From positions 64,001 to 128,000 of the forward strand of contig JBHHTW010000001.1 in the NCBI GenBank assembly GCA_046861385.1: 64,000 nucleotides of DNA. Reading direction: 5' to 3'. Positions 53,501-62,804 of this stretch are shown piece by piece. Made by a program: the position numbers and the translations under genes. Position 1 is the stretch's first letter. The number at the start of each line of letters is the position of its first letter. The stretch is from Fidelibacterota bacterium (GTDB taxonomy: Bacteria > Fidelibacterota > Marinisomatia > Marinisomatales > TCS55). Under the pieces are notes generated by a model. The model was not told the origin of the DNA and did no database searches. It saw nothing but the letters and a program-made list of their open reading frames with translations.

Positions 53501-55153
53501 ATGCCCAGAACCATTCATGCCCCTAAGGGAAATAAACTAACATGTAAGAATTGGCAAATTGAAGCGCCATACCGCATGATCCAGAATAACTTGGATCCGG
53601 ATGTGGCTGAAAATCCTGACGAACTTGTTGTGTATGGAGGAAAAGGAAAAGCAGCTCGGAACTGGGAATGCTTTGACGCTATACTTGATACATTAGAGAG
53701 ACTCGAACCGGACGAAACGTTATTGGTTCAATCGGGAAAACCGGTGGGGGTTATTCGAACTCATACATCGTCTCCGCGAGTACTGATTGCCAATTCCAAT
53801 CTCGTTCCTGAATGGGCGAATTGGGAACATTTTAATGAGTTGGATCAAAAAGGACTCATGATGTACGGACAGATGACAGCTGGTTCTTGGATTTATATTG
53901 GAACACAAGGTATTTTACAAGGCACATATGAAACCTTTGCTGCAGCAGGTAAGCAACATTTTGATAGCGATTTAACCGGAAAATTTGTTTTAACTGCCGG
54001 TCTTGGAGGAATGGGGGGCGCTCAACCTTTATCCGTAACGATGAATAACGGTGTTGTTATTTGTATAGAGATTGATCCTCATCGAATTCAGCGCCGCTTG
54101 GAAACAAAATACCTTGATGTTGCAACAGAATCGTTAAATGATGCCCTTACAATGGCCAGAAACGCTGCAGCAAACGGAGATGCGCTATCTATTGGGTTGT
54201 TGGGTAATGCGGCTGATATTGTACCAGAAATCGCCAAAATGGGCATTGTCCCGGATTTTGTGACAGATCAAACTTCTGCCCATGATGAACTCGACGGCTA
54301 TATACCCAATGGGATGACTTTTAAGGATGCATTGGAATTGCGCAAATCCGATCCTGAGAAATATGTAAATGAGAGCTTTCGTGCTATGGCAAAACATTGC
54401 CGAGGTATTCTGAAACTACAGAAAATGGGCGCAATTGCATTTGATTATGGAAATAACCTTCGCGGACAAGCCAAAAAAGCCGGTGTGAAAAATGCCTTTG
54501 ATTATCCTGGATTTGTTCCGGCATATGTCCGTCCATTATTCTGTGATGGAAGGGGTCCGTTTCGCTGGGTGGCTTTATCGGGAGATCCTGAAGATATTTA
54601 TAAAACTGATGATAAAATATTGGAAATGTTTTCCAAAGATGAAACATTGAAGCGCTGGATCATAATGGCACGAAAAAAAGTGCAGTTCCAAGGGCTACCA
54701 TCGAGGATATGTTGGCTGGATTATACACAACGATCCAAGTTCGGAGTGGAACTAAACCGCATGGTAGCCAGTGGAGAATTATCAGCACCGATTGTTATTG
54801 GGCGTGATCATTTAGATACCGGTTCAGTCGCTTCACCCTACCGGGAAACTGAAGCTATGAAAGACGGTTCAGATGCCGTGGCGGACTGGCCTCTATTGAA
54901 TGCATTGGCGAACACAGCCAGTGGATCAACCTGGGTATCCATTCATCACGGTGGCGGTGTAGGTATGGGACTTGCGATTCATGCCGGACAAGTCATTTGC
55001 GCTGACGGTACTCCTGAAATGGAAGAGCGGCTTCAACGAGTCCTGACAACTGATCCGGGAACGGGAATCTTTCGACATGCTGATGCTGGATATGAACAAG
55101 CTATTGAAAATGCGAAAAAATGGAATGTTGATATTCCTATGATTGAAGATTAG
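53501..55153 (+). CDS. hutU: Urocanate hydratase
   Basis: [40 protein letters not shown] 53501 after AGGAG. Confidence 0.98.
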   Translation: MPRTIHAPKGNKLTCKNWQIEAPYRMIQNNLDPDVAENPDELVVYGGKGKAARNWECFDAILDTLERLEPDETLLVQSGKPVGVIRTHTSSPRVLIANSNLVPEWANWEHFNELDQKGLMMYGQMTAGSWIYIGTQGILQGTYETFAAAGKQHFDSDLTGKFVLTAGLGGMGGAQPLSVTMNNGVVICIEIDPHRIQRRLETKYLDVATESLNDALTMARNAAANGDALSIGLLGNAADIVPEIAKMGIVPDFVTDQTSAHDELDGYIPNGMTFKDALELRKSDPEKYVNESFRAMAKHCRGILKLQKMGAIAFDYGNNLRGQAKKAGVKNAFDYPGFVPAYVRPLFCDGRGPFRWVALSGDPEDIYKTDDKILEMFSKDETLKRWIIMARKKVQFQGLPSRICWLDYTQRSKFGVELNRMVASGELSAPIVIGRDHLDTGSVASPYRETEAMKDGSDAVADWPLLNALANTASGSTWVSIHHGGGVGMGLAIHAGQVICADGTPEMEERLQRVLTTDPGTGIFRHADAGYEQAIENAKKWNVDIPMIED

Positions 55154-55173
55154 GGATTGTAGATTTATGATTA
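55139..55173 (+). repeat. Left arm: 5 x 7-nt array (NNGATTN), overlapping hutU 3' end
   Basis: ATGATTG AAGATTA GGGATTG TAGATTT ATGATTA. Confidence 0.8.
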
Positions 55174-55195
55174 AAGAGAATTAATTAAATAAACT

Positions 55196-55545
55196 ATGGA
55201 CAAGGAAGAATTAAAAAAGAGACCAAAAGATTTTGCACATCGTTGTGTGAAATTATGCAACTCACTGCCAAAAAATAGTCTTGGTCGTCTAGTAAAAGGA
55301 CCTTTATTAAGATCGTCTACGTCAGTTGCATCCAATTATCGTGCTAATTGCGTCGCTCAATCAAAAAAGAGTTTTATCGCGAAAATCAGTATTGTAATTG
55401 AAGAAGCTGATGAATCCTTATTTTGGCTTGAATTCATTATTGATGAAGTTTTATTGAATAAAAAAAAGTTATTTCTTTAATGAACGAAGCTAATGAGCTT
55501 GTTTCCATCTTTATTGCTTCTCGAAAAACCGCTGGTGGCAAATGA
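55196..55545 (+). pseudogene. Four-helix-bundle protein, frameshifted in A8 tract at 55460-55467
   Basis: LLRSSTSVASNYR...S.K.FIAKI.IV.EEADES.FWLE; the -1 frame continues KVISLMNEANELVSIFIASRKTAGGK* ending at TGA 55543-55545. Confidence 0.88.
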
Positions 55546-56765
55546 ATAATCGTCGATCATCAAACATAAATCATCAATCATTCCTCCTAGAGAATATTGG
55601 GCAACTAACCACATTCAACCCAGAAACTGGTAAGGTTGAAACCACATCAAATACATCTCTTTCCCTCCAAAATGGGCGAATTGTTGAAAGCTGTAGTGAT
55701 AGCGAAGTAATTGACTGCGGAGGTTCACTTGTCACACCTGGTTTTGTTGATTCTCACACTCATCCCGTATTTTTAAATGGGAGGGAAGAAGAATTTGCAA
55801 TGCGTCTGGCTGGGGCTACTTATGAAGAAATCGCCTCGAAGGGTGGAGGGATAAATTCAAGTACGGAAGCTGTTCGAAATGCTTCAAAAGACAAACTATT
55901 TGAACATGTTTCAAAACGAATGGACCGCTTCCTGAAAATGGGAACAACAACCGTCGAAGCAAAGTCCGGATATGGTTTAGATATAGAGTCAGAACTAAAA
56001 TCACTTCAAGTGTTACATGATATAAATCAGAAGCATGAAATTGATATTATTCCCACTTTTTTGGGCGCCCACGCCTTCCCTTCCGAATTTGCCAATGATC
56101 ATAATCGTTATGTGGATTTGATTTGTAATGAAATGATTCCGGAAGTAGCAAACCAAGGTATTGCGAAATTTTGTGATGTTTTTTGCGAAAATGGGTATTT
56201 CACTGTTGAGCAGTCGCGAAGAATATTGTTCACCGCAAAAGAACATGGCTTAACTCCCCGCCTCCATGCAGACGAATTTGAAGATTCCGGGGCAGCCGAA
56301 CTGGCAGCAGAAGTGGGAGCAGTATCAGCAGACCACCTTATGGCTATTAGTAATGCAGGAATTCAAAAAATGGCAGAAAATAATGTCATTGCCACTTTAC
56401 TCCCCGGAACTACGTTTTTCCTCGGTAAAGATACGTATGCACCTGCAAAGATATTAATGGCAAATGATATTGAAGTAGCCTTGGCAACGGACTTCAATCC
56501 CGGGAGTTGTCATATTCAATCCATGCCGTTTATTATTTCTTTGGCTTGTATCTATATGGGTATAACGATCGAACAGGCATTCGCATCTGGAACATATTTT
56601 TCAGCCAAGGCATTAAATTTAGATACTAAAATCGGAACCATCGCTGTTGGTCATAAGGCAGACATAATTGTTTGGGATTTAGAAAAATTGCTGGAAATTC
56701 CTTACAATGTGACTGATCTACCCATAAAAATGGTGATTAAGAGTGGAAAACCAATTGACTCATGA
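55542..56765 (+). CDS. hutI: Imidazolonepropionase
   Basis: PGFVDSHTH, GGGI, E.KSGYGL, FLGAHA, HADE, TDFNPG. Confidence 0.96.
   Translation: MNNRRSSNINHQSFLLENIGQLTTFNPETGKVETTSNTSLSLQNGRIVESCSDSEVIDCGGSLVTPGFVDSHTHPVFLNGREEEFAMRLAGATYEEIASKGGGINSSTEAVRNASKDKLFEHVSKRMDRFLKMGTTTVEAKSGYGLDIESELKSLQVLHDINQKHEIDIIPTFLGAHAFPSEFANDHNRYVDLICNEMIPEVANQGIAKFCDVFCENGYFTVEQSRRILFTAKEHGLTPRLHADEFEDSGAAELAAEVGAVSADHLMAISNAGIQKMAENNVIATLLPGTTFFLGKDTYAPAKILMANDIEVALATDFNPGSCHIQSMPFIISLACIYMGITIEQAFASGTYFSAKALNLDTKIGTIAVGHKADIIVWDLEKLLEIPYNVTDLPIKMVIKSGKPIDS
55547..55581 (-). repeat. Right arm: 5 x 7-nt array (NAATCAT), inside hutI 5' end
   Basis: TAATCGT CGATCAT CAAACAT AAATCAT CAATCAT; 25/35 matches to left arm by hand alignment. 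Confidence 0.8.
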
Positions 56766-56804
56766 TTGTTGACCTTGTAAACTCCCACCTGTTTTTAATA
56801 TAAA

Positions 56805-57272
56805 TTGATGATAAAACAATTAAAAATACTGATAATTATGTTTCTGATGCTCTTCGGGGCAGAAGGTCTTTTTGCGAATTATGCATTCTATAGAACAGTG
56901 ACGAATACCTGTAATTCTTACCATATTAATGCCCAGGAAGGGGAGATGTATTTTGGTCGGGAAGAAGCAAATAAAAACAAATTTTATCTTGCAGTCAACA
57001 GTAATCGAAATAATTTTGAAATGGCACTAATTGTCGGTTTTGTATCTGTCGGTCAGGCAATTAATCATCAGAACTACATGGTTGAAAAAGGATTGATTGA
57101 AAAATCGTTAAGACCGAGTACAGTTCATGTAACAGTTAATGTACCGATGGGCAGGGACGATATGATCATTTCCGCCAGCGCCACTGCAGATCAAGTCGTA
57201 AAGTTGGCAAATGGTGTAATCGAATCTGCCGAATTTATGCGTTTAATTAAAAATTCAATGGTAACACTATAG
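56805..57272 (+). CDS. Hypothetical exported protein
   Basis: 155-aa ORF with signal-peptide-like N-terminus; no recognised family. Confidence 0.65.
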   Translation: MMIKQLKILIIMFLMLFGAEGLFANYAFYRTVTNTCNSYHINAQEGEMYFGREEANKNKFYLAVNSNRNNFEMALIVGFVSVGQAINHQNYMVEKGLIEKSLRPSTVHVTVNVPMGRDDMIISASATADQVVKLANGVIESAEFMRLIKNSMVTL

Positions 57273-57281
57273 GAGGTCTTT

Positions 57282-57515
57282 ATGGATCCATTTGGAATTG
57301 AATCAACCTTAATTAGTTATGTACGAGCCGTAGGCTGGTCAATCACGGCAGCTATCGGATTTTCGTTTGGAATCGGTTTGGCTATAAAGGTATTTGATTG
57401 GCTCTCCACTGATATTGATGAATGGGAAGAAATAAAGAAGGGCAACATGGGTGTTGCTTTAATTTTTGTATCTCTTATTATCATGGTGGGCTTACTCGTT
57501 TATAAAGTTATTTAA
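57282..57515 (+). CDS. DUF350-family small membrane protein
   Basis: Two TMs with FDWL...ID.WEEIKKGNMGVA; strong AGGAGG RBS. Confidence 0.75.
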   Translation: MDPFGIESTLISYVRAVGWSITAAIGFSFGIGLAIKVFDWLSTDIDEWEEIKKGNMGVALIFVSLIIMVGLLVYKVI

Positions 57516-57540
57516 GACGATTTAAAACGAGAACATTTAT

Positions 57541-57573
57541 AACGGAGATTGATTAATCCAGTCTCCGTTTTTT
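57541..57573 (+). terminator. Intrinsic terminator
   Basis: AACGGAGATTG-ATTAATC-CAGTCTCCGTT then TTTT. Confidence 0.75.
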
Positions 57574-57965
57574 GTATACTCGAGAGTCTTTTTTCCTAAA
57601 ACTTTCCTGTTGTGCGAACAAACCTTTAGGGAGATTTTAAATCGTTTTATCTTGATAATAGTCGTTGAGGTATTTCTATAAAATGTATTATCAAAATACA
57701 TTAATAAGGAATATCTAAAGTGATAGCGACAATTATTGATCTTCGGTATAATATGAAATCTTTCTAACCTCCTTACTATCAAACAATTACAGCTAAATCA
57801 GCAACCATTTTTGTCTATTAAGCCTAAATTTAATAAGTTTCCCAGGGAGGGGACCGTTAGTGGGACTCTCGTGATATATTTTAGAAAAAACTGATTTGTT
57901 AGATAGAAACATTTTTTGTGAACCACATTTTCATGTAGTAGTTTTAATGTACTCTTATTTATTAG

Positions 57966-59510
57966 TTATGAAAAAACTAAAATGACTAAAACACCCACAA
58001 TCGTATTTGCAAAATTCACTCCGTCATTATCCAGCCATTGGAATCCGCGAAGATGATGGGTTGGACTTTGGCAGTGAATTCGCTTTTCTGTTTCATGATT
58101 ACAAACGACACAGCGAAACATGGATTGTACACTTCCACCCAGAATGGAATCAAATAGACTCCCCATAAAACCCGCTACAACCACCCAATAACACGCTGTG
58201 GATAACTGTTCAGAGGTGATTGCCACGCTGTTCAACCAATATCCGCCAATCAGGGCGATCACTCCTGCTCCCGACAAAGCGCCAAGAAACCCCAGGAGAG
58301 TCACACCCCCGGATGTTCCTTTTTTCACAGGTTTAAGATTCATAATATGTCGAGGTTTTCTTCTACTGAAGAAACCGATCTCTGTTGCCCATGTATCAGC
58401 TGTTGCCGCAGCAACAGCGCCTAGAAATGATAAATAAGCAAAATAAAAGGGGTCATAGTAATTCACCAAAGCGATAACCATAGGCACACCACCATTTGCA
58501 AATACTTGTACAATGTCACGTTTGGAGCCTTTTTGGATAGAATCAGTCGACTTTTTACCTATTTTTGATAGGATGGATGAAAAGATGAAAAAAGATAAAA
58601 TGGGAGTGATCCATTGTACTCCACCGGATCCAAAGATCACCACTCCCATGATAAAAGCACCGGCGGACCCTCCGGCATTTAATACACTCCATTTGTAACA
58701 AAAAAAGAAGGCGAAACCCGATCCCAAAGTCCAGAATAATAAAATAGGTAGTGTACCGTGGGTATAGTTAGTGAGAAAAATATCATAGGTGATAGCTGTA
58801 AATAGAGGAACAGAAAAATTATCTGATCCTTTGCAGGCAGCCGCTTCTGCAATCGAAGCAGCCAATCCGGTGAAGGCTGCGCAACCGATGAGCACATCCA
58901 AGGGCAAATAGAAGGCAGAACCAAACAACCATGTGAAAAAATCTGTACCGATATAAATAATCAAGAATGTGGATAAAAACATGACTACACTGCCTTGAAG
59001 TGATTTTTCATCCCTCCACAATCGAAATTTTAAGGGAAGTTTCTCATGTTTTCCCGTGTAAGATGCTACAGTATCGGAAATGGTCATAACCAGCATGGAT
59101 AAAACGAGCGTAATGGGCTTTTCCCACCAAAACGTCACCAGAAGTAAAAAGGCAAAGGGAAAGTAAACTGTACCGTAGGTAGTTCGCTCCGTAGCGTGCA
59201 TACTTTTGAATTGATTAGAATTTAGTGTGAAAGCATTCACGACAATGAAGATTATTGCCAACGTCATAGGCTGGATATTTGATGTAAAAATAAAAGGACA
59301 GGTGGTCGTCATCAGTCCGATGATAACATGAACCATTTTTCGGCTTGCCTCCGGATTCCATTTCAATCTTGAACGGATAAATCCGGTTATGCCAATCAGC
59401 AAGAAGATGGCCATAAAAAATGCACAAAATGTGATCCATTCATTTGAGAAAGGATGATACAGGGGTAGTTTCATATAATAATCTACTAAAATCAATCCTA
59501 TTATGTGCAT
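57966..59510 (-). CDS. Phytol/dolichol kinase-like domain fused to DUF92 (TMEM19/VTE6-like) domain
   Basis: SRKMVH, D..AS..G, KSLQGS, DNFSVP (kinase); R...QVFANGG, ADTWATEIG, GTSGGVT..G, DS.LG...Q, ND.VNF (DUF92); start may be 59474. Confidence 0.85.
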   Translation of the reverse strand: MHIIGLILVDYYMKLPLYHPFSNEWITFCAFFMAIFLLIGITGFIRSRLKWNPEASRKMVHVIIGLMTTTCPFIFTSNIQPMTLAIIFIVVNAFTLNSNQFKSMHATERTTYGTVYFPFAFLLLVTFWWEKPITLVLSMLVMTISDTVASYTGKHEKLPLKFRLWRDEKSLQGSVVMFLSTFLIIYIGTDFFTWLFGSAFYLPLDVLIGCAAFTGLAASIAEAAACKGSDNFSVPLFTAITYDIFLTNYTHGTLPILLFWTLGSGFAFFFCYKWSVLNAGGSAGAFIMGVVIFGSGGVQWITPILSFFIFSSILSKIGKKSTDSIQKGSKRDIVQVFANGGVPMVIALVNYYDPFYFAYLSFLGAVAAATADTWATEIGFFSRRKPRHIMNLKPVKKGTSGGVTLLGFLGALSGAGVIALIGGYWLNSVAITSEQLSTACYWVVVAGFMGSLFDSILGGSVQSMFRCVVCNHETEKRIHCQSPTHHLRGFQWLDNDGVNFANTIVGVLVILVFS

Positions 59511-59565
59511 TGTTAGATGAATATTTTGTAGAATTCAGAACCATACAAACAGGAAAATTGAATAC

Positions 59566-60405
59566 ATGGTAAAAAAAATAAGCTCTAAAGCTGTCGGTCT
59601 TGATATTGGACTATTAATCGGTCGATTCTTTATGGATACTGATGACTTACATTACGGATATTGGCCCGATGACAAAACAGCCACACCCCAAAATTTTGCC
59701 GAAGCACAATATCGACATTCACAACTCATTATTAAACATATACCTGACGGAGTAAATCGAATTTTGGATGTGGGAAGCGGTTCCGGTAACTTGGCAAAGA
59801 AATTGATGAATTTGAATTACGAAGTGGATTGTGTTCTACCCAGTGAATTTTTAGCAGAAAATATTCGTAAAAAACTGGGAGACAAAGGTCACATCCATGT
59901 TTGCGGATTCGAGGAATTAATTACCGAACAACAATATGATTTAATTTTATTTAGCGAAAGTTTTCAATATGTCAAACTGGGATATTCTATTGATAAAATT
60001 GTGGAAATGCTTCCAGACGATGGATATTTACAAATCTGCGATTTTTTTAAAAGAGATGTGTCCGGAAAAAGTCCCTTAGGCGGTGGACATCGCTGGAAAA
60101 ATTTTGAAGAAAAAATCTCTTCTGTTTCTCTCAGTAAAATTCTCGACATCGATATCACAGAAGAAACAGCCCCCACGAATGACCTTTTGGATAAATTCGT
60201 TACCCAAGTTCTAGGGCCTGTTAAAGGGATTACAGGTAAATATATGAAGAGTAATTATCCAAAATTATCTAAATTTATTGAGTGGAAGTATAAGAAACGG
60301 TTAAATAAAATCAATAATGTATATTTTACAGGTCAACTGACAGGTGAAAATTTTATCAAATATAAAACGTACCGTATGCTGGTATTTAAGAAATTTTCTA
60401 CTTAA
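59566..60405 (+). CDS. Class I SAM-dependent methyltransferase
   Basis: LHYGYW, ILDVGSGSG, DLILFSESFQY. Confidence 0.85.
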   Translation: MVKKISSKAVGLDIGLLIGRFFMDTDDLHYGYWPDDKTATPQNFAEAQYRHSQLIIKHIPDGVNRILDVGSGSGNLAKKLMNLNYEVDCVLPSEFLAENIRKKLGDKGHIHVCGFEELITEQQYDLILFSESFQYVKLGYSIDKIVEMLPDDGYLQICDFFKRDVSGKSPLGGGHRWKNFEEKISSVSLSKILDIDITEETAPTNDLLDKFVTQVLGPVKGITGKYMKSNYPKLSKFIEWKYKKRLNKINNVYFTGQLTGENFIKYKTYRMLVFKKFST

Positions 60406-60454
60406 TCAATTCAGGGGCAGTTCTGCCACGTTTATCCATCCTAGGGTTTGGAGC

Positions 60455-61015
60455 TTATTTCAAATTTAATTTTTTTAATTTGGGTGCAATCACATACGAA
60501 CAATAGGGTGCATTTTTATTATTTTCATAATAATTCTGGTGATAGTCTTCAGCTGTATAATATTGATCTAGAGGTTCGATTTCTGTCACGATATTTTGAT
60601 TGAACGCTGTTTGTGCATTCGTCATAGATTTTTCTGCAATTTCTTTTTGAAGGTCTGATTGAAAATAAATGCCGGAGCGATATTGAGTCCCCACATCAGC
60701 TCCTTGTCGATTGAGTGTGGTGGGATCGTGGGATTTCCAAAACATATCCAGAATTTCAGAAAAGGACACTTTTTGCGGATCAAATCTTATTTTGGCCACT
60801 TCAGCATAACCAGTATTCCCACCACATACATCCTGATAAGTTGGTTTTTCCGTAATACCGTTGGAGTATCCGGCTTCTACAGAAATAACGCCGTCGATCC
60901 GTTCATAAATGGCTTCTACACACCAAAAACATCCCGCTCCGAGGACAACAGTTTCTGGTTCAACTGCCATAATCTTTGCTCCTAATAAGGTGAATAATAC
61001 AATTTGTTTTAACAT
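60455..61015 (-). CDS. msrA: Peptide-methionine (S)-S-oxide reductase
   Basis: GCFWC, DPTTLNRQG.D.GTQYRS, AEDYHQNY, PYC; start uncertain. Confidence 0.95.
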   Translation of the reverse strand: MLKQIVLFTLLGAKIMAVEPETVVLGAGCFWCVEAIYERIDGVISVEAGYSNGITEKPTYQDVCGGNTGYAEVAKIRFDPQKVSFSEILDMFWKSHDPTTLNRQGADVGTQYRSGIYFQSDLQKEIAEKSMTNAQTAFNQNIVTEIEPLDQYYTAEDYHQNYYENNKNAPYCSYVIAPKLKKLNLK

Positions 61016-61131
61016 GAGATTCTTCCATGAAGTTATCACCTTTCAAACATCATGATTAGGAAATTTGTTTCAAAAAATAAGGAACAATCAATTGCTCATT
61101 ATTTTTGAATATAAATAATTCGTTGATTGAA

Positions 61132-62502
61132 TTATAATTCCTTTAATTCTTTCAGCAAATCAGTCAAAGTAACTTTGGCATCGCCAAAGACCATCAATGT
61201 GTTGTCAAAGCCGAATAATTCATTTTGAATGCCGGCAAATCCTGGATTCATGGTCCGCTTATTAACCAAAACTGTTTTTGATTTATCAACATCCAGAATA
61301 GGCATTCCATAAATCGGACTGGATGTATCGTGCCTTGCAGCCGGATTCACTACATCATTCGCTCCTAACACAATTGCCACATCGCAATCTTCAAATTCCG
61401 GATTTATTTGATCCAGGTCTTTCAACTGTTCATAAGGGACGTTTGCTTCCGCCAAAAGCACATTCATATGACCGGGCATTCTTCCAGCAACAGGATGAAT
61501 AGCATAAAAAACCTTTTTACCCATCCCTTCCAAAAAGTCGGCGACTTCCCGAACGGCATGCTGCGCCTGGGCAACTGCCAGACCGTAACCGGGTACAACG
61601 ATTATTTTACTTGCGGCTTCTAATATCATAGCCGCTTCTTCGGTGGATGCACTTTTGACCGACATTTGTTGGACATCTCCAGGGGCTCCAGAATCCTTCA
61701 CAAGACCCACAGCTCCAAAGATGACATTGACCAAAGAACGATTCATACCTTTACACATAATATTGGTGAGAATCAATCCAGATGCTCCAACCAAAGCACC
61801 GGAAATAATCAGCCCGTTATTCATGAGAACGAAACCGGTTGCAGCGGCGGCGATACCTGAATAAGAATTCAAAAGTGAAATAACCACAGGCATATCTGCT
61901 CCTCCGATGGGAATGGTTAATGTAATTCCAATCAAAGCAGAAAGAACGACTAAACCATAAAAATAATTTATAGTATCACCCCCGACTACGGAATAAACCC
62001 CAAGAAGAACCAAACAGATGGCAATGAGTGCGTTTAATATTTTTTGACCCGGGAAAACAATAGGTTGACCGCTGACAAATCCCTGTAGTTTACCAAAGGC
62101 AATAAAACTCCCGGTAAAGGTTAGGGTACCCACAAACACACTGATAGCAATAGTGGCGGCATTAAAGGTGGAAGGATTGGCCGGATTAAAATATTCAGCT
62201 GCAGCAACCAACGCGGAAGCACCACCGCCAAAACCATTAAAAATTGCGACCATTTGAGGCATTTGGGTCATTTGAACTTTTAATGCAAAAAATGCACCAA
62301 TGATTGTTCCAATAATAATACCAATAGCAATTATTTTTAAATCCAGGTGTCCATACGACACCAATGTTGCAATAATGGCAATGAGCATACCGACCGAAGC
62401 GATGGTGTTTCCACTCCGGGCTGTTTTAGGAGAGCTTAAGCGTTTAATCCCTAATATAAAGAGAATTGCAGCGAAGACGTAGGCTATATTTGTGTATTCC
62501 AT
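61132..62502 (-). CDS. pntB: NAD(P) transhydrogenase beta subunit
   Basis: MPQMVA.FNG.GG, GGADMPVVISLLNSYSG, HPVAGRMPGHMNVLLAEA. Confidence 0.97.
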   Translation of the reverse strand: MEYTNIAYVFAAILFILGIKRLSSPKTARSGNTIASVGMLIAIIATLVSYGHLDLKIIAIGIIIGTIIGAFFALKVQMTQMPQMVAIFNGFGGGASALVAAAEYFNPANPSTFNAATIAISVFVGTLTFTGSFIAFGKLQGFVSGQPIVFPGQKILNALIAICLVLLGVYSVVGGDTINYFYGLVVLSALIGITLTIPIGGADMPVVISLLNSYSGIAAAATGFVLMNNGLIISGALVGASGLILTNIMCKGMNRSLVNVIFGAVGLVKDSGAPGDVQQMSVKSASTEEAAMILEAASKIIVVPGYGLAVAQAQHAVREVADFLEGMGKKVFYAIHPVAGRMPGHMNVLLAEANVPYEQLKDLDQINPEFEDCDVAIVLGANDVVNPAARHDTSSPIYGMPILDVDKSKTVLVNKRTMNPGFAGIQNELFGFDNTLMVFGDAKVTLTDLLKELKEL

Positions 62503-62511
62503 AATTTTAAC

Positions 62512-62784
62512 CTATTTCCGCTTAAACATTTTTAACATTCTGTCCGTCACCATGAATCCGCCCACCACATTAATGGTTGCGAATATCACCGCAATGAGAC
62601 CTAGCCATGTTCCCAATTCACCTCCGATTTTCGTCGCGATGATAGCACCGACTATGGCAATACCCGAAATGGCATTTGACCCGGACATTAGAGGGGTATG
62701 TAATGTGGGAGGGACTTTCGTGATAATTTCAAATCCGACGAATATCGCCAGAATGAATACAGTGAAAATATTGATCATATCCAT
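62512..62784 (-). CDS. pntAB: NAD(P) transhydrogenase alpha subunit part 2
   Basis: VPPTLHTPLMSGSNAISG, GGF.VTDRML.MF. Confidence 0.95.
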   Translation of the reverse strand: MDMINIFTVFILAIFVGFEIITKVPPTLHTPLMSGSNAISGIAIVGAIIATKIGGELGTWLGLIAVIFATINVVGGFMVTDRMLKMFKRK

Positions 62785-62804
62785 CGGTTATTAATCCTTA
62801 TGAT

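Noticed and set aside
55196-55545. 23S rRNA intervening sequence
   Set aside because: No rRNA sequence in the window; flanks are hutU and hutI
57537-57782. 81-aa minus-strand ORF
   Set aside because: AT-rich, TTG start, overlaps a terminator, no recognisable motif
57838-57875. GC-rich patch (CCCAGGGAGGGGACC...) as an RNA element or REP
   Set aside because: No convincing stem or second copy in the window
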